Program-made: the position numbers and the translations under genes
Origin: Myxococcota bacterium
GTDB taxonomy: Bacteria > Myxococcota_A > Polyangia > Nannocystales > Nannocystaceae
Direction of reading: 5' to 3'
DNA: 64,000 bases
Assembly (NCBI GenBank): GCA_039028615.1
Contig: JBCCHT010000022.1
Span: 32,001 to 96,000 of the forward strand
Part shown: positions 20,548 to 32,347 of the stretch, piece by piece
Layout: each line of letters starts with the position of its first letter
How positions within the stretch are numbered: the first letter of the stretch is position 1
Notes under the pieces: model-generated
Told to the model about the DNA's origin: nothing
Databases searched by the model: none
The model's input: the letters and a program-made list of their open reading frames with translations, nothing else

Positions 20548-21378
20548 ATGTTCGACAATAGACGCACGACAATGGTTCAACGGCTCGGCTTCGTCGGTTT
20601 CATCGGCATGGCGGGCCTGGGTGGATGTGAAGGATGTGAACTCCTCGGGGGAGAGGGAGGCTTCAGCTGCACGGTGGACTGCCACGAAGCGGTGGAGTCG
20701 TTCTGCGAAGGCTGCGAGGCGCAGGGTGGAGTGCCGTACCAGTGCGACTACGTCGCGGTCGACTGGATCGTCGACCAAGACGGAGTGGTGCACGCGGAGA
20801 ACCGTCACCTCGACGCGTCGGCATGCTACGAGTCGGCCGAAGCGGCCGAGGCCGCGTGCGCCGGGTACTGCAACAGCGACCAGTGGGAGGGCGGGTGCAT
20901 CAGCTACGGCTCCTATCCCTACGACTGCACGGGCACCCAGGACTGCGGCTCCCCTGCCCCCGGTGGCGGCGACGAAGTCGGAGAGCCGGCCCCCGCTGCG
21001 GAGCCACCGTCGCCCAGCTGCGACGCGGGGTGGTATTCGCTCGGCGACGTGGTCTTCGATCGCACGGTGGACGCCTATCGCGTCAACCGGCTGTTCTTCC
21101 TGCACCTGCTGGCCGATCCGCGGGTCGTCTTGTGTGACACCGCCGAGCTGACGTTCGACGCCGCGGGCCAGCTGTCGCTGACGGGCGCGCGCCCGGGGAG
21201 CCTGGCCTACGAGGCGGGCCTCCGCGACGGCGACGTCCCCGTCTCGCTCCAGGGGCTCACCGCCGCCGACCTGAGCCAGGCCGAGTCGCTCTATTGGGAG
21301 CTTCGCGACGTGGAGCAGATCGAGGTCGTGCTCGACCGGGGCAGCCGACGCATGGAGATGACGTACATCATCGAGTGA
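20548..21378 (+). CDS. Cys-rich exported/lipoprotein with C-terminal PDZ-like domain
   Basis: Hydrophobic N-terminus with LGGC; many Cys; PGSLAYEAGLRDGDV...IEVVLDRG is PDZ-like. Confidence 0.7.
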   Translation: MFDNRRTTMVQRLGFVGFIGMAGLGGCEGCELLGGEGGFSCTVDCHEAVESFCEGCEAQGGVPYQCDYVAVDWIVDQDGVVHAENRHLDASACYESAEAAEAACAGYCNSDQWEGGCISYGSYPYDCTGTQDCGSPAPGGGDEVGEPAPAAEPPSPSCDAGWYSLGDVVFDRTVDAYRVNRLFFLHLLADPRVVLCDTAELTFDAAGQLSLTGARPGSLAYEAGLRDGDVPVSLQGLTAADLSQAESLYWELRDVEQIEVVLDRGSRRMEMTYIIE

Positions 21379-21391
21379 CGGCGAACACGAA

Positions 21392-21427
21392 CGCCGATCG
21401 GCTCGCTCGAGCGCGGGCCGATCGGCG
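21392..21427. terminator. GC-rich hairpin between convergent genes
   Basis: CGCCGATCGGC ... GCCGATCGGCG inverted repeat. Confidence 0.45.
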
Positions 21428-21440
21428 GACCACGGCAGTC

Positions 21441-22526
21441 CTAGCCCGCGGGCGGGATGAACTCGTCGCAGGTGTTGTCGATGAGGTCGACGGCCTGCTG
21501 GAAGAAGTCGTTGTAGTTCCCGCTGCAGACGGACCCCTGGATCTGGTTGGGGAACATCTCCATGAAGGAGCGCAGCTTGGCGGGGTCGTCGGACTCCGCG
21601 GGGCAGATCTGGTCGGCCTCGCCCGTGTCGTTGATGAGCCCGAGCATCACGATGGCGTTGGGATCACCCGCCTTGGAGGCGATGACGTTGGCGTACCAGC
21701 CCGCCGCGGTGCCGTTGCTGCCCCCGTCCTCTTCGTCGGTGATGATGGTGACGACGAGGATGGCATCGTCGCGGATGAAGCCTTCGTTGCAGCCGCCGGC
21801 CTGGCCGAGGTCCTCGCTGAGCGCGGCCACCATGGCGCCCATGGGGCGCTCGTTGCCGTCACCGTCGCTGCCGACCTTGGCCGCGCACTGGAAGGCGGAG
21901 GTCAGGTCGGGCTCGGTGCTGTCCATGTAGCGCGCCCCGGTGGTGAAGTTGCACGGGACGTTGGGCGCGTCGGAGGCCATGGTGTGCAACACCCCGCTGC
22001 CCAGGGTGGCGTTGCAGACCTCGGGGGTGACGCCGCAGGGATAGGCAGGGATGTCGAGGCAGGTCGGGAAGAGCGTGCACAGAAGCTCGCACTGCCCCCC
22101 CCACATCGCGTCCGTGTCCACCACCATGATGTGGTAGTCCTGCGCCTCGTCGAGGGTGTTCTGAATCGACTGGATGAAGCCGGGGAAGCTCGCGATGAGC
22201 GAGTCCTGGTTGTCCCCCATCGATCCGGAGTTGTCGATCACGAACAGGAAGTCGACCTTCTCGCAGCCGTCGGCGTCCCCGGCATCGGCCCCCGCCCCCT
22301 CGGTGTCGGCCGGGATGACGTCGAGCTTGATCCCGCCGTCGTCGGCATTGCCGTCGGCCGAGACCGAGTCGGAGCCCGAGCCGTCGGTGTCCGCACCGCT
22401 GGTCATGGCGCCGTTCGATGCGGTGGGGATCGAGCCCGAGGCGCCGAAGGGATCGGTGCCCCGGCCTTCGGTGCCGCATCCGACGGCGAGCATAGCTATC
22501 GCAAGACGTCCTAGTTTTTGTGCCAT
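21441..22526 (-). CDS. Myxobacterial VWA-like lipoprotein (paralog 1)
   Basis: Lipobox AVGC; MIDAS-like KVDFLFVIDNSGSM; FIRDDAILVVTIITDEED. Confidence 0.88.
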   Translation of the reverse strand: MAQKLGRLAIAMLAVGCGTEGRGTDPFGASGSIPTASNGAMTSGADTDGSGSDSVSADGNADDGGIKLDVIPADTEGAGADAGDADGCEKVDFLFVIDNSGSMGDNQDSLIASFPGFIQSIQNTLDEAQDYHIMVVDTDAMWGGQCELLCTLFPTCLDIPAYPCGVTPEVCNATLGSGVLHTMASDAPNVPCNFTTGARYMDSTEPDLTSAFQCAAKVGSDGDGNERPMGAMVAALSEDLGQAGGCNEGFIRDDAILVVTIITDEEDGGSNGTAAGWYANVIASKAGDPNAIVMLGLINDTGEADQICPAESDDPAKLRSFMEMFPNQIQGSVCSGNYNDFFQQAVDLIDNTCDEFIPPAG

Positions 22527-22564
22527 TTTGAAGGGCTTTCGGAGTCGCTGGTGTCTTTATTGAA

Positions 22565-22587
22565 CCCGGCCTCCAGACGAGGCCGGG
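22565..22587 (-). terminator. Hairpin between the tandem VWA lipoprotein genes
   Basis: CCCGGCCTC-cagac-GAGGCCGGG stem-loop. Confidence 0.45.
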
Positions 22588-22600
22588 CTCACGCGGGGGT

Positions 22601-23788
22601 TCAACCCGCGGGTGGGATGAATTCGTCGCAAGTGTTGTCGATGAGGGCGACGGCCTCGCTGAAGAAGCTGTCGTAGCTCGGCTCGCACACGCTGCCGAAG
22701 AAACCGTTGTCACCAAAGGAGTCGACGAACTCGCGCAGGCGCGGCGAAGCTTCGGCGCCGTCGTTGCCGTCGGCCAGGTCGGCACAGATGGCGCCCGGCT
22801 GATCGTTGTCGCCGAACAAGCCGAGCACCACGATGGCGTTCTCGTCCCCGTTCTTGGCGGAGACCAGCGCCTGCTTCCAACCCGCGGGGGTCCCCGCCGA
22901 GTCGCCGTTGCTGTCGTTTTCGTCGGTGATGAAGGTGACGACCAAGATCGCGTCGTCGCGCAGGAAGCCTTCGTTGCAGCCGTCGGCCTCGGTCCCCGCG
23001 GTGATCGCTTGGACCATGGCCTCCATGGGCCGCTCGGTGCCCGCGTAGGAACTCACCCCGACCTGGGCGGCGCAGGTGAAGGCCGCCGACAAGTCGGGCT
23101 CGTTGGAGTCCATGTAGCGCGCACCCGAAGCGAAGTTGCAGTCGGTGTTGCTGCTGCCCTGACCGCGCGGCGAGGTGACGCCGGCCCCGAGCACGTCCTC
23201 GCACTCCTCGGGCATGGTGACGCCACACTGGAAGCCCCCGTCGATGCCGCAGATCAAGCCGAACACGCAGCCGAAGCAGGCCGGGCCCCCTGCGATGTCG
23301 CAGATGCCGGCGGCGTTGATGCACTCGGGCGGCACGGAGTTACACTGGTCCGCGCAGGTCTGGTACTGCCACGCGTCCACGTCGAGCACCATGAGGTGGT
23401 AGTCCTGCGCCTCATCGAGCTCGGTCTGAATCGTGTCGATGAACTGCGGGAAGCTGGCGATGAGGCTGGTCTGCTCATCCCCCATCGACCCCGAGTTGTC
23501 GACGATGAACAGGAAGTCGACCTTGTCGCAGCCGTCCTCGTCGCCGCCGTCGTCGGCGGAGGAGCCCTCGGTCTCGGCCGCGCCCACGTCGAGCTTGATC
23601 GAGCCGGACTCGTCGGCTTCCGAGGTGACGCCCGTGACGTCGTTCGTCGCCCCGTTCATGCTGGTCGACCCCTCGCCTCCGTCTGCCGTCAGGCTCGTCT
23701 GACCGGTCTGCTGTTGGTCGTCGCGGCCTGAACCGCCGCAACCCAAGGCCAAAATCAGCGGCAGCGCGACACCCCACCGCGCTCCCAT
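22601..23788 (-). CDS. Myxobacterial VWA-like lipoprotein (paralog 2)
   Basis: ATG 23788 preceded by GGGGGAG; lipobox ALGC; KVDFLFIVDNSGSM; C-terminus LIDNTCDEFIPPAG identical to paralog 1. Confidence 0.88.
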   Translation of the reverse strand: MGARWGVALPLILALGCGGSGRDDQQQTGQTSLTADGGEGSTSMNGATNDVTGVTSEADESGSIKLDVGAAETEGSSADDGGDEDGCDKVDFLFIVDNSGSMGDEQTSLIASFPQFIDTIQTELDEAQDYHLMVLDVDAWQYQTCADQCNSVPPECINAAGICDIAGGPACFGCVFGLICGIDGGFQCGVTMPEECEDVLGAGVTSPRGQGSSNTDCNFASGARYMDSNEPDLSAAFTCAAQVGVSSYAGTERPMEAMVQAITAGTEADGCNEGFLRDDAILVVTFITDENDSNGDSAGTPAGWKQALVSAKNGDENAIVVLGLFGDNDQPGAICADLADGNDGAEASPRLREFVDSFGDNGFFGSVCEPSYDSFFSEAVALIDNTCDEFIPPAG

Positions 23789-24213
23789 TGCTCCCCCAAT
23801 GTTAGTCCGCACCATCTCATCGCCCAGGCTGCCACAGCGAGGCACGAGGCCGATACCTACTTGTGCGTGAGATTCATGGACGTTTCCCTTCTGCATTCGA
23901 TAAGCACGGTCGCTGCATGAAACAGTCGCGGGTCAGCGTTGCAGGCGCCCGGGATTGCCATCACGAAAAACGAAACGAAAACGGGGGCACGAGACCCCTT
24001 CAGGGCCACTGTCACTGAAACGAGAGCAACGAAGAAAACGGAAACATGAGCGACCATCGGATCGAGACAGCTACTTCGCTTTGGGCGACGCCTCACGCAA
24101 CGAAGCCACTCCGCCGCGACGTCGGGTGACGTCCTCGGCCACGGAGTGGCTCCATGTGCGGCCCGGGATCCCGCTCGGCTCCCACTTCGCCGAACGGGCC
24201 CGACCTTCGCCCG

Positions 24214-25197
24214 CTACACGCCCAGCAGCTCGCGGACGCTGCCCGTGATGACCGCGGTCGGCAGGCACATGCGGGCGCCCGCGGCCCGGGCCTTGGCCTT
24301 CATATCTTCGGTCGGCGCGTCGTGAACGGCGACGATCTGGACGCCATTGCTGCCGGCCGCCGCCACCAGACGCTCGATGACCTTGCTGTCGTCGACATCG
24401 GGCACGCCCAGGCTGAGGATCACGTGACGGGGCGGCGCGGCCTGCCCCACCAGCACCGCGTCGGCGCCGGTCTGAGCGGTGAGCACCTCGACCGGAGGCT
24501 CGGCGCTGGCCAGCTCGTCGCGAACCTTGGCTCGGAAGTCGGCGTTCTGGGTGACGATGAGCACCCGCGGCGCGTCGTCGCGGCCCGCTCCCTTCGCGGG
24601 GCCGGCCGGCTTGAGGTGGAACGCGTCGGTGACTTGGGCTCGAACCTCGGTCACGTCGAGCGGCTTTTTGAGGCACGCCGCGGCCCCGGCCGACAGGATG
24701 CGATCCATGTTGGCCTCGGTGTAGTAGCCGGTAATGGCGATGACCTCGGTGTTGGCCGTGGCCGCGTCCTTCTTGAGCCGCGTGCAGACCTCGAACCCGT
24801 CGACGCCCGGCATCATGAGATCGAGGAAGATGAGCTGCGGCCGGAACGAGACGACGAGGCGGCCGGCGTCGAAGGCATCCTTGGCGACCTCGACCTCGAA
24901 CTTGTGGTCGAGCTCCTTGACGACGTCGCGCACGAGGTCGAGCACGACGGGCTCGTCGTCGACCACCAGGATGCGCCCCACCTCGGTGCCCGTGGGCACG
25001 TTGAACGGAATGTTCCGCTCCCGGCACACGCGCTCGAGGTCCTCGCGCCGAACCCGGCGGTGACCGCCCACCGTCTTGAAGGCGGGGATCAATCCGTCCT
25101 CGATCCAGCGGATGACGGTCGTGGGCGTGACGCAGCAAATCTTCGCTACGTCGTGCGTGGAGTAAGTGTCTTTGACAGGTGTTCGGCCGCGAGCCAT
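24214..25197 (-). CDS. Response regulator: excisionase/MerR-like HTH + receiver + degenerate receiver
   Basis: YSTHDVAKICCVTPTTVIRWIEDGLIPAFKTVGGHRRV; canonical REC (VVDDE, LDLMMP, ITG, KKP); second REC-like domain lacks the acidic residues. Confidence 0.9.
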   Translation of the reverse strand: MARGRTPVKDTYSTHDVAKICCVTPTTVIRWIEDGLIPAFKTVGGHRRVRREDLERVCRERNIPFNVPTGTEVGRILVVDDEPVVLDLVRDVVKELDHKFEVEVAKDAFDAGRLVVSFRPQLIFLDLMMPGVDGFEVCTRLKKDAATANTEVIAITGYYTEANMDRILSAGAAACLKKPLDVTEVRAQVTDAFHLKPAGPAKGAGRDDAPRVLIVTQNADFRAKVRDELASAEPPVEVLTAQTGADAVLVGQAAPPRHVILSLGVPDVDDSKVIERLVAAAGSNGVQIVAVHDAPTEDMKAKARAAGARMCLPTAVITGSVRELLGV

Positions 25198-25290
25198 GGG
25201 CTTTGTCTGGTCTGTGTGGGCTGAGCGTCCCGTGAAGGGGCGTGCAGGCAAGTGTACGATGCCAAGCGAGAAGCGTCGGGAGCAAGGGGC

Positions 25291-27603
<2,313 letters not shown>

Positions 27604-27842
27604 GCGCCCCCCTTCCTTCGGGTGGCGTTAGCCCCGCGGTCGTCCGGCCCATGCCGACGGCCGCGACGCGAATCCTGGCTCCAGGCGCGACGCATTCTGG
27701 CCAACGAACGTAGCGTAACTGCAAAAGCCCCGCACGGGGAGGCACTTCGATCCGCGAATTCCGCGCAAAGCTAGCAGCAGTTTCGCGGATCGAGCGCCAC
27801 CGCGGAGCGTGCTACCAACGGCTTCCAAGCGAAGGCCCAGTC

Positions 27843-28595
27843 ATGACCGACGACCCTAACCGCTCCTCCTCGACGGCGTTCCCGGGGGCAACCTCGGACG
27901 GCGACGCGCCGTCGGGCGCCTCGACGATCCGCCACGCCGCGACCGTCGTCGTGATGCGCCCCAGCGCCGCCGGCCGCCAGATCTACATGGTGCGACGGAG
28001 CGCCAAGAGCCCCTTCATGCCCTCCACGCTGGTCTTTCCCGGCGGTCGCCTCGACCCGGAAGACGGCCCGCCCGACGACGATCGCAGCTGGGAAGGCGCC
28101 GCCCGACGCGAGTGCCAGGAGGAAATCGGCCTCGGCCTGACCGACCTCGACCTGCGTTGGTTCGACACCTGGCTGACGCCCTCGGCCGAGTCCCGACGCC
28201 GCTACCTCGCGCGCTTCTTCCTCGTCGAGCTGCAGGCGGGTGAAGGCAGCGAGGCCGAAGCCGACGGCTTCGAGACCCACGAGGGACGCTGGGCCACCGC
28301 GGCCGAGCACCTCGCCGCGTGGGAGGCCGAGCAGGTCGATCTGCCGCCCCCCACCGTGTCCGTGCTGCTGCGCTTGGCCGCGGCGGAGGCCGAGGGCCTC
28401 GACGGCATGCTCGAGGTGGACCCGCGGGCGCCCATCCTCCCCAAGGTCATCGCGGTCGACAACGAGGTGGTGATCATGCTGCCCCACGACCCCGCCTACG
28501 ACGACGCGCCCGGTGAGGCCGCCCCCGCCCCCAGCCGCGTCCAGACCTTCCCCGCCCGCTTCGGTCGCCGAGGTCAACGATGGTGTCCGAGCTGA
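27843..28595 (+). CDS. NUDIX hydrolase
   Basis: AATVVVMR; FPGGRLDPED...AARRECQEEIGL Nudix box; WLTP...RRYLARFF. Confidence 0.9.
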   Translation: MTDDPNRSSSTAFPGATSDGDAPSGASTIRHAATVVVMRPSAAGRQIYMVRRSAKSPFMPSTLVFPGGRLDPEDGPPDDDRSWEGAARRECQEEIGLGLTDLDLRWFDTWLTPSAESRRRYLARFFLVELQAGEGSEAEADGFETHEGRWATAAEHLAAWEAEQVDLPPPTVSVLLRLAAAEAEGLDGMLEVDPRAPILPKVIAVDNEVVIMLPHDPAYDDAPGEAAPAPSRVQTFPARFGRRGQRWCPS

Positions 28596-29590
28596 TGAAT
28601 CACCTGAAGACGACGTGGCCGCTGCTCGCCCTGCTCGCCGCAGGCTGCCCCGACGATTCCACCCCGGCCCGCTCGGCGCCCCCCAGCCCGACCAAGAGCC
28701 CGAGCCCCGCCGACGATGCCTCGCCGGGTGAGGCTGGAACGCCCGAGCCGGCCGCCGAAAGCGGCGAGCACGGGCGCCTGCTGAAGTGGATGGACCCGGA
28801 AGCGGTCGCGGTCGCGTATCTCCGCACGCCGCGGCAGCTCAAGGCCGACATCGTCTCGGTCATCTATGCCCTGCCGCCCCGCGCGGAGGACCTGCTCAAG
28901 GGCGTCAGCGACGTCGAGCATGCCCTCGATGCCGTCCGTCCCTCGGATGCCCCCGAGATCAGCACGTGGCTCGGGACGCAGGCCTTGGCCACCACCGGTC
29001 GCTTCTCTCGGCGCCCCACCGTGCTGCGACCGCTGGTCGGCTCGCGCGAGGAGGCCGGCAAGCAGCTGGAAGCCATGGGCCTGGTGCGCAAGGAAGTCGA
29101 CGTGTTCGAGGTCTGGGAACCGCAGCGCGTGTTCCCCTATCGGGTGGTGCTGCTCGACAACGACGTCGCCGCGTTCGTACCCGCCAGCGACCCGGGGACC
29201 GGCGTCGCTCCGCTGGCGGCCGCCCGCGACATGCCCCCCGGAGACGTCCGCAACCAGCTCGACGAGCTGCTCAACCAGCCCGGCGGACCCACCATCGCCC
29301 TACTCGCCTCCGGGCCCATGATGCACTTCGACGTCGACCAGCCGATCATCGCGGTGCGTTTCGAGATGCGGAAGACGGCGGGCGGGCGCATGGATGGACG
29401 CATGGATCTCCAGCTCGAGGAGAAGCCGGAAGAGGCGGTCAGTGCCCTGCTGGGCCGCTCCGCCCCCGAGCAGAACGACCGCATCCAAGACATCATGAAG
29501 CGCGCCGCGTTTGCGGTGGAGGGTGCGATCGTCACCGGTCGCCTCGAGCTCCCCCCCGCCGACGTCGCACTGCTCTACGAGGAGCGTTGA
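28580..29590 (+). CDS. Hypothetical lipoprotein (start may be 28595)
   Basis: Lipobox LAAGC followed by a Pro-rich linker; overlaps the NUDIX stop. Confidence 0.78.
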   Translation: MVSELMNHLKTTWPLLALLAAGCPDDSTPARSAPPSPTKSPSPADDASPGEAGTPEPAAESGEHGRLLKWMDPEAVAVAYLRTPRQLKADIVSVIYALPPRAEDLLKGVSDVEHALDAVRPSDAPEISTWLGTQALATTGRFSRRPTVLRPLVGSREEAGKQLEAMGLVRKEVDVFEVWEPQRVFPYRVVLLDNDVAAFVPASDPGTGVAPLAAARDMPPGDVRNQLDELLNQPGGPTIALLASGPMMHFDVDQPIIAVRFEMRKTAGGRMDGRMDLQLEEKPEEAVSALLGRSAPEQNDRIQDIMKRAAFAVEGAIVTGRLELPPADVALLYEER

Positions 29591-30432
29591 TGCCCCGTGG
29601 GACCGCAGCCTCGGGGTGGTGCATGGGCCTGGCGGTGGCGGCGAGCCTGCTCGCCTGCCACCCCGGCTCGTCGGGAACGACGACGGCCCCCACCCCCGAG
29701 CCGGCGCCCACGGAGCCCGAGCCCGACCCTGACCCCGGACCGCCGCGCTGCGAACCCGCGGGCACCCGCTTCGACGACCTCGGCTGGGTGCCGACCGACA
29801 GCCCCGCCCTGGCGTCATTGAAGGTCGACGACCCCGCGCTGCCGCAGGCGCTGGCCGCCCTGGCCGAGCACACGCGCGGCAGCGGCCACGGGCTGCCCAT
29901 CCCGCTGGCGTTCTCGCTGAGCCAGTGGAGCTGGCAGGTCCCGCTGCTCGTCTCCACGCTGGACCAGGCGGGCTTTGCCCCGGGCGAGCTGCTGTTCGTG
30001 GCGGGGGACAACGCCGACCACGCCTGGGTGTTCCGCAGCCAGTGCGACCTCGAGCGGGCCATCGACAACATCGAGAGCCGCTGGGGCCTGCAGTCGCGGC
30101 AGATGGTCGAGGGATTCGTCGCCACCGCGCGCCCCGACCATGAGCCGGCCTTTCCCTACGACGTGGTGCTGCTGTCGGGGGACCGCGTCGCGCTGGTGCC
30201 GGCCGGGGCCGCGTCGCGGATCACCTCGAAGTGGAGCCGACCGGCTGCCCCCACGCTGTCCGGGCGACCGGCGGCGAGCATCGGGGCCCAGCTCGAGGAC
30301 GTGCCCTCCGCCCCCATCGCCGTCGTGGTGCAGGGGCGCGCGCTGGTCGACGCCTCGGTCGATGCCACGCCCGACCAGGTCCTGCGACTGCGCGTGGACG
30401 CGGGCGCGGTCGAGGTCGTGACCGACGAGTAG
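29590..30432 (+). CDS. Hypothetical lipoprotein, distant paralog of the upstream gene
   Basis: ATG overlaps the upstream TGA; lipobox LLAC; shared FPY.VVLL motif. Confidence 0.78.
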   Translation: MPRGTAASGWCMGLAVAASLLACHPGSSGTTTAPTPEPAPTEPEPDPDPGPPRCEPAGTRFDDLGWVPTDSPALASLKVDDPALPQALAALAEHTRGSGHGLPIPLAFSLSQWSWQVPLLVSTLDQAGFAPGELLFVAGDNADHAWVFRSQCDLERAIDNIESRWGLQSRQMVEGFVATARPDHEPAFPYDVVLLSGDRVALVPAGAASRITSKWSRPAAPTLSGRPAASIGAQLEDVPSAPIAVVVQGRALVDASVDATPDQVLRLRVDAGAVEVVTDE

Positions 30433-30439
30433 CCCTCGC

Positions 30440-32347
30440 TCACGGCGGAGGACGTCGCTGCAGCGCAAAGCTGCGAGCCTCGGTGGCGGCCAGGCCGAGG
30501 TCACCACCGCTGTCGAGCGCAGCGCAGTCGATCGAGTCGAGCGAGGTCAGCGGCCCGGCCACGAACGCATGCACCGTGACCGGCACGTTGTCGGTGGGCG
30601 GCGTGCCCTCTTCGTCGACCAACGCCACGCCGGCCGGGGTCAGGGCCAACGTGGCCGCCACGGTCTGCGGCGCATCGGTGGTGGCGATGATCGAAGACGG
30701 AAGCTGGACGTACTCGCAGGGATCGGCGGGATCCATGTCGGCACAGCACGCGACCATGTTCACCCGGGTGCCCTCGGACACCTGCCGCTCGTCGTCGCGG
30801 CCGAAGAACGCGGAGAGCGACGACGACTGCTCCTGTACGGTGAGCACGGTGGGGGTGCCGACCAAGGTCAGGAAGCTGGGATACGAGCGCGCGACGGAAA
30901 ACTGCACCGTGTCGGTCAAAAAGCCGTCCGCCTCGGCGACGGTCAGGACCTCGGTGCCGACCACTCGTCCCATGCGCAAGGGGAGCTCGACCTCCTCTTG
31001 GGGGCCGATGGACAGGGTGCGCGTGTGGTCGTCCTGCCCAGAGCCGATGGTGCCCAAGGTACTCGTCACGGTGATGCTGCGGTCGCTGAGGCGAGTCGAC
31101 GACGAGCGCAAGCGAATGGTGGGCACGCTGACCCCGTCGGCCTGAAGCTCGTCGTCGACGGGCGGCTCGACGAACACGACATCCTCCAGCAGGGGCGTGA
31201 CCTCGTAGCCGACGGTGGTGGTGGTCACGTCGGCCAGCGTGGCGGTGAAGGTCCCCGTCCCCGTGGCGAAGGCATTGCTGTTGGCAACGGGGTCATCGGT
31301 GACCAGATCGACGGTGACCGTCTCGCAGGGGCGCGCGACGACGGTGGTCTCGTAGCGATCGCCGCCGTCCGAGGCCGGCCCCACCCGGCCCAGCGTGCTG
31401 CGGATGGTGAGGGTCTGCGGGCCTTCGAGCACCGAGCCGGCCAGTTGCACGGAAAACGGATACGCCCGGCCGTCGGCCACGAGCGGCGCCGTCTCGGGAT
31501 CGGGACCGGTCACGAGCAGTCGCTCCTCGGCCGCGGTGAGTTCGTACTCCAGCCGCACTTCGGGCTGCCCCGCGAGGCTGGCGGTGACCTGCCCGACCCC
31601 GGTGGTGCGCCCCGGCAAGAGCTGAAAGCGAGCCGGCTGCCCCGGCGTAACCGCGAGCGCGAGCTGCTGCGCATCGACGTTGGCCGCCGACGGTCGCAGC
31701 GCGGCCAAGGTGCTGCGCAGGGTCACCTCCTGCGCCACCGCGTCTTCGCCGAGGTCCTCGTTCGGTAGCGTGACCTCGAGCTGGACCGTGGAACCGTTGG
31801 CCGGCAGCGTCACCGCCAGCCCCTGCGTGGCCAGGCACGCCGCATGGGCATCGGCCGGGTCTTCGGGCTCGGCCGGAGGCGCCGTGCCGTCGCAGGCATC
31901 GGGTGTGGGCACCGAGACCAGCCGAATGCACGGCACCAAGCCCGAGACCCGCAGCGTCTCCGAGTCCTCGAGCCCGCCCGCCGCGGTCACCGACAGCGTG
32001 CCCTCGCCGGGTGTGGTGCCCACCAGCAGGGAAAACTCGACCGGGTTCTCTCCTCGGGTCAGCAGCGCGAGGGTCTGGGTCGCGGGCGGCGATGCATCGG
32101 GAGACAGCGTGCCGAGCCCGGAGGTCACGGTCAGGGTCTTGTTGGGCGACGTGTCCGCGGGCACGAACACCGCCCAGCGCGTGGTCTGGCCGCCCGCCAC
32201 GAGCTCGGGCGCCGCTTGGGCCCGACAGGTCTCGACCTCGGTGGGACAGGCCCCGTCGGGGCAGTAGCACAGCACCAGTTCCCCGCCCGGCACGTCGAGT
32301 GGACAGCCGAGGGCCAGCAGCGCCAGCGCGGGGAGCGAGCGTCTCAC
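30440..32347 (-). CDS. Lipoprotein with multiple Ig-like (invasin/Big-type) repeats
   Basis: Lipobox ALGC; about four repeats of (L.ADG/ANG)...T.T/RSTLG...G...G.G.(V/F)TA. Confidence 0.75.
   Translation of the reverse strand: MRRSLPALALLALGCPLDVPGGELVLCYCPDGACPTEVETCRAQAAPELVAGGQTTRWAVFVPADTSPNKTLTVTSGLGTLSPDASPPATQTLALLTRGENPVEFSLLVGTTPGEGTLSVTAAGGLEDSETLRVSGLVPCIRLVSVPTPDACDGTAPPAEPEDPADAHAACLATQGLAVTLPANGSTVQLEVTLPNEDLGEDAVAQEVTLRSTLAALRPSAANVDAQQLALAVTPGQPARFQLLPGRTTGVGQVTASLAGQPEVRLEYELTAAEERLLVTGPDPETAPLVADGRAYPFSVQLAGSVLEGPQTLTIRSTLGRVGPASDGGDRYETTVVARPCETVTVDLVTDDPVANSNAFATGTGTFTATLADVTTTTVGYEVTPLLEDVVFVEPPVDDELQADGVSVPTIRLRSSSTRLSDRSITVTSTLGTIGSGQDDHTRTLSIGPQEEVELPLRMGRVVGTEVLTVAEADGFLTDTVQFSVARSYPSFLTLVGTPTVLTVQEQSSSLSAFFGRDDERQVSEGTRVNMVACCADMDPADPCEYVQLPSSIIATTDAPQTVAATLALTPAGVALVDEEGTPPTDNVPVTVHAFVAGPLTSLDSIDCAALDSGGDLGLAATEARSFALQRRPPP

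Noticed and set aside
25248..25265. Sigma54-like TTGGCA...TTGC on the minus strand upstream of the response regulator
   Set aside because: GG-to-GC spacing is 12 nt rather than the required 10.
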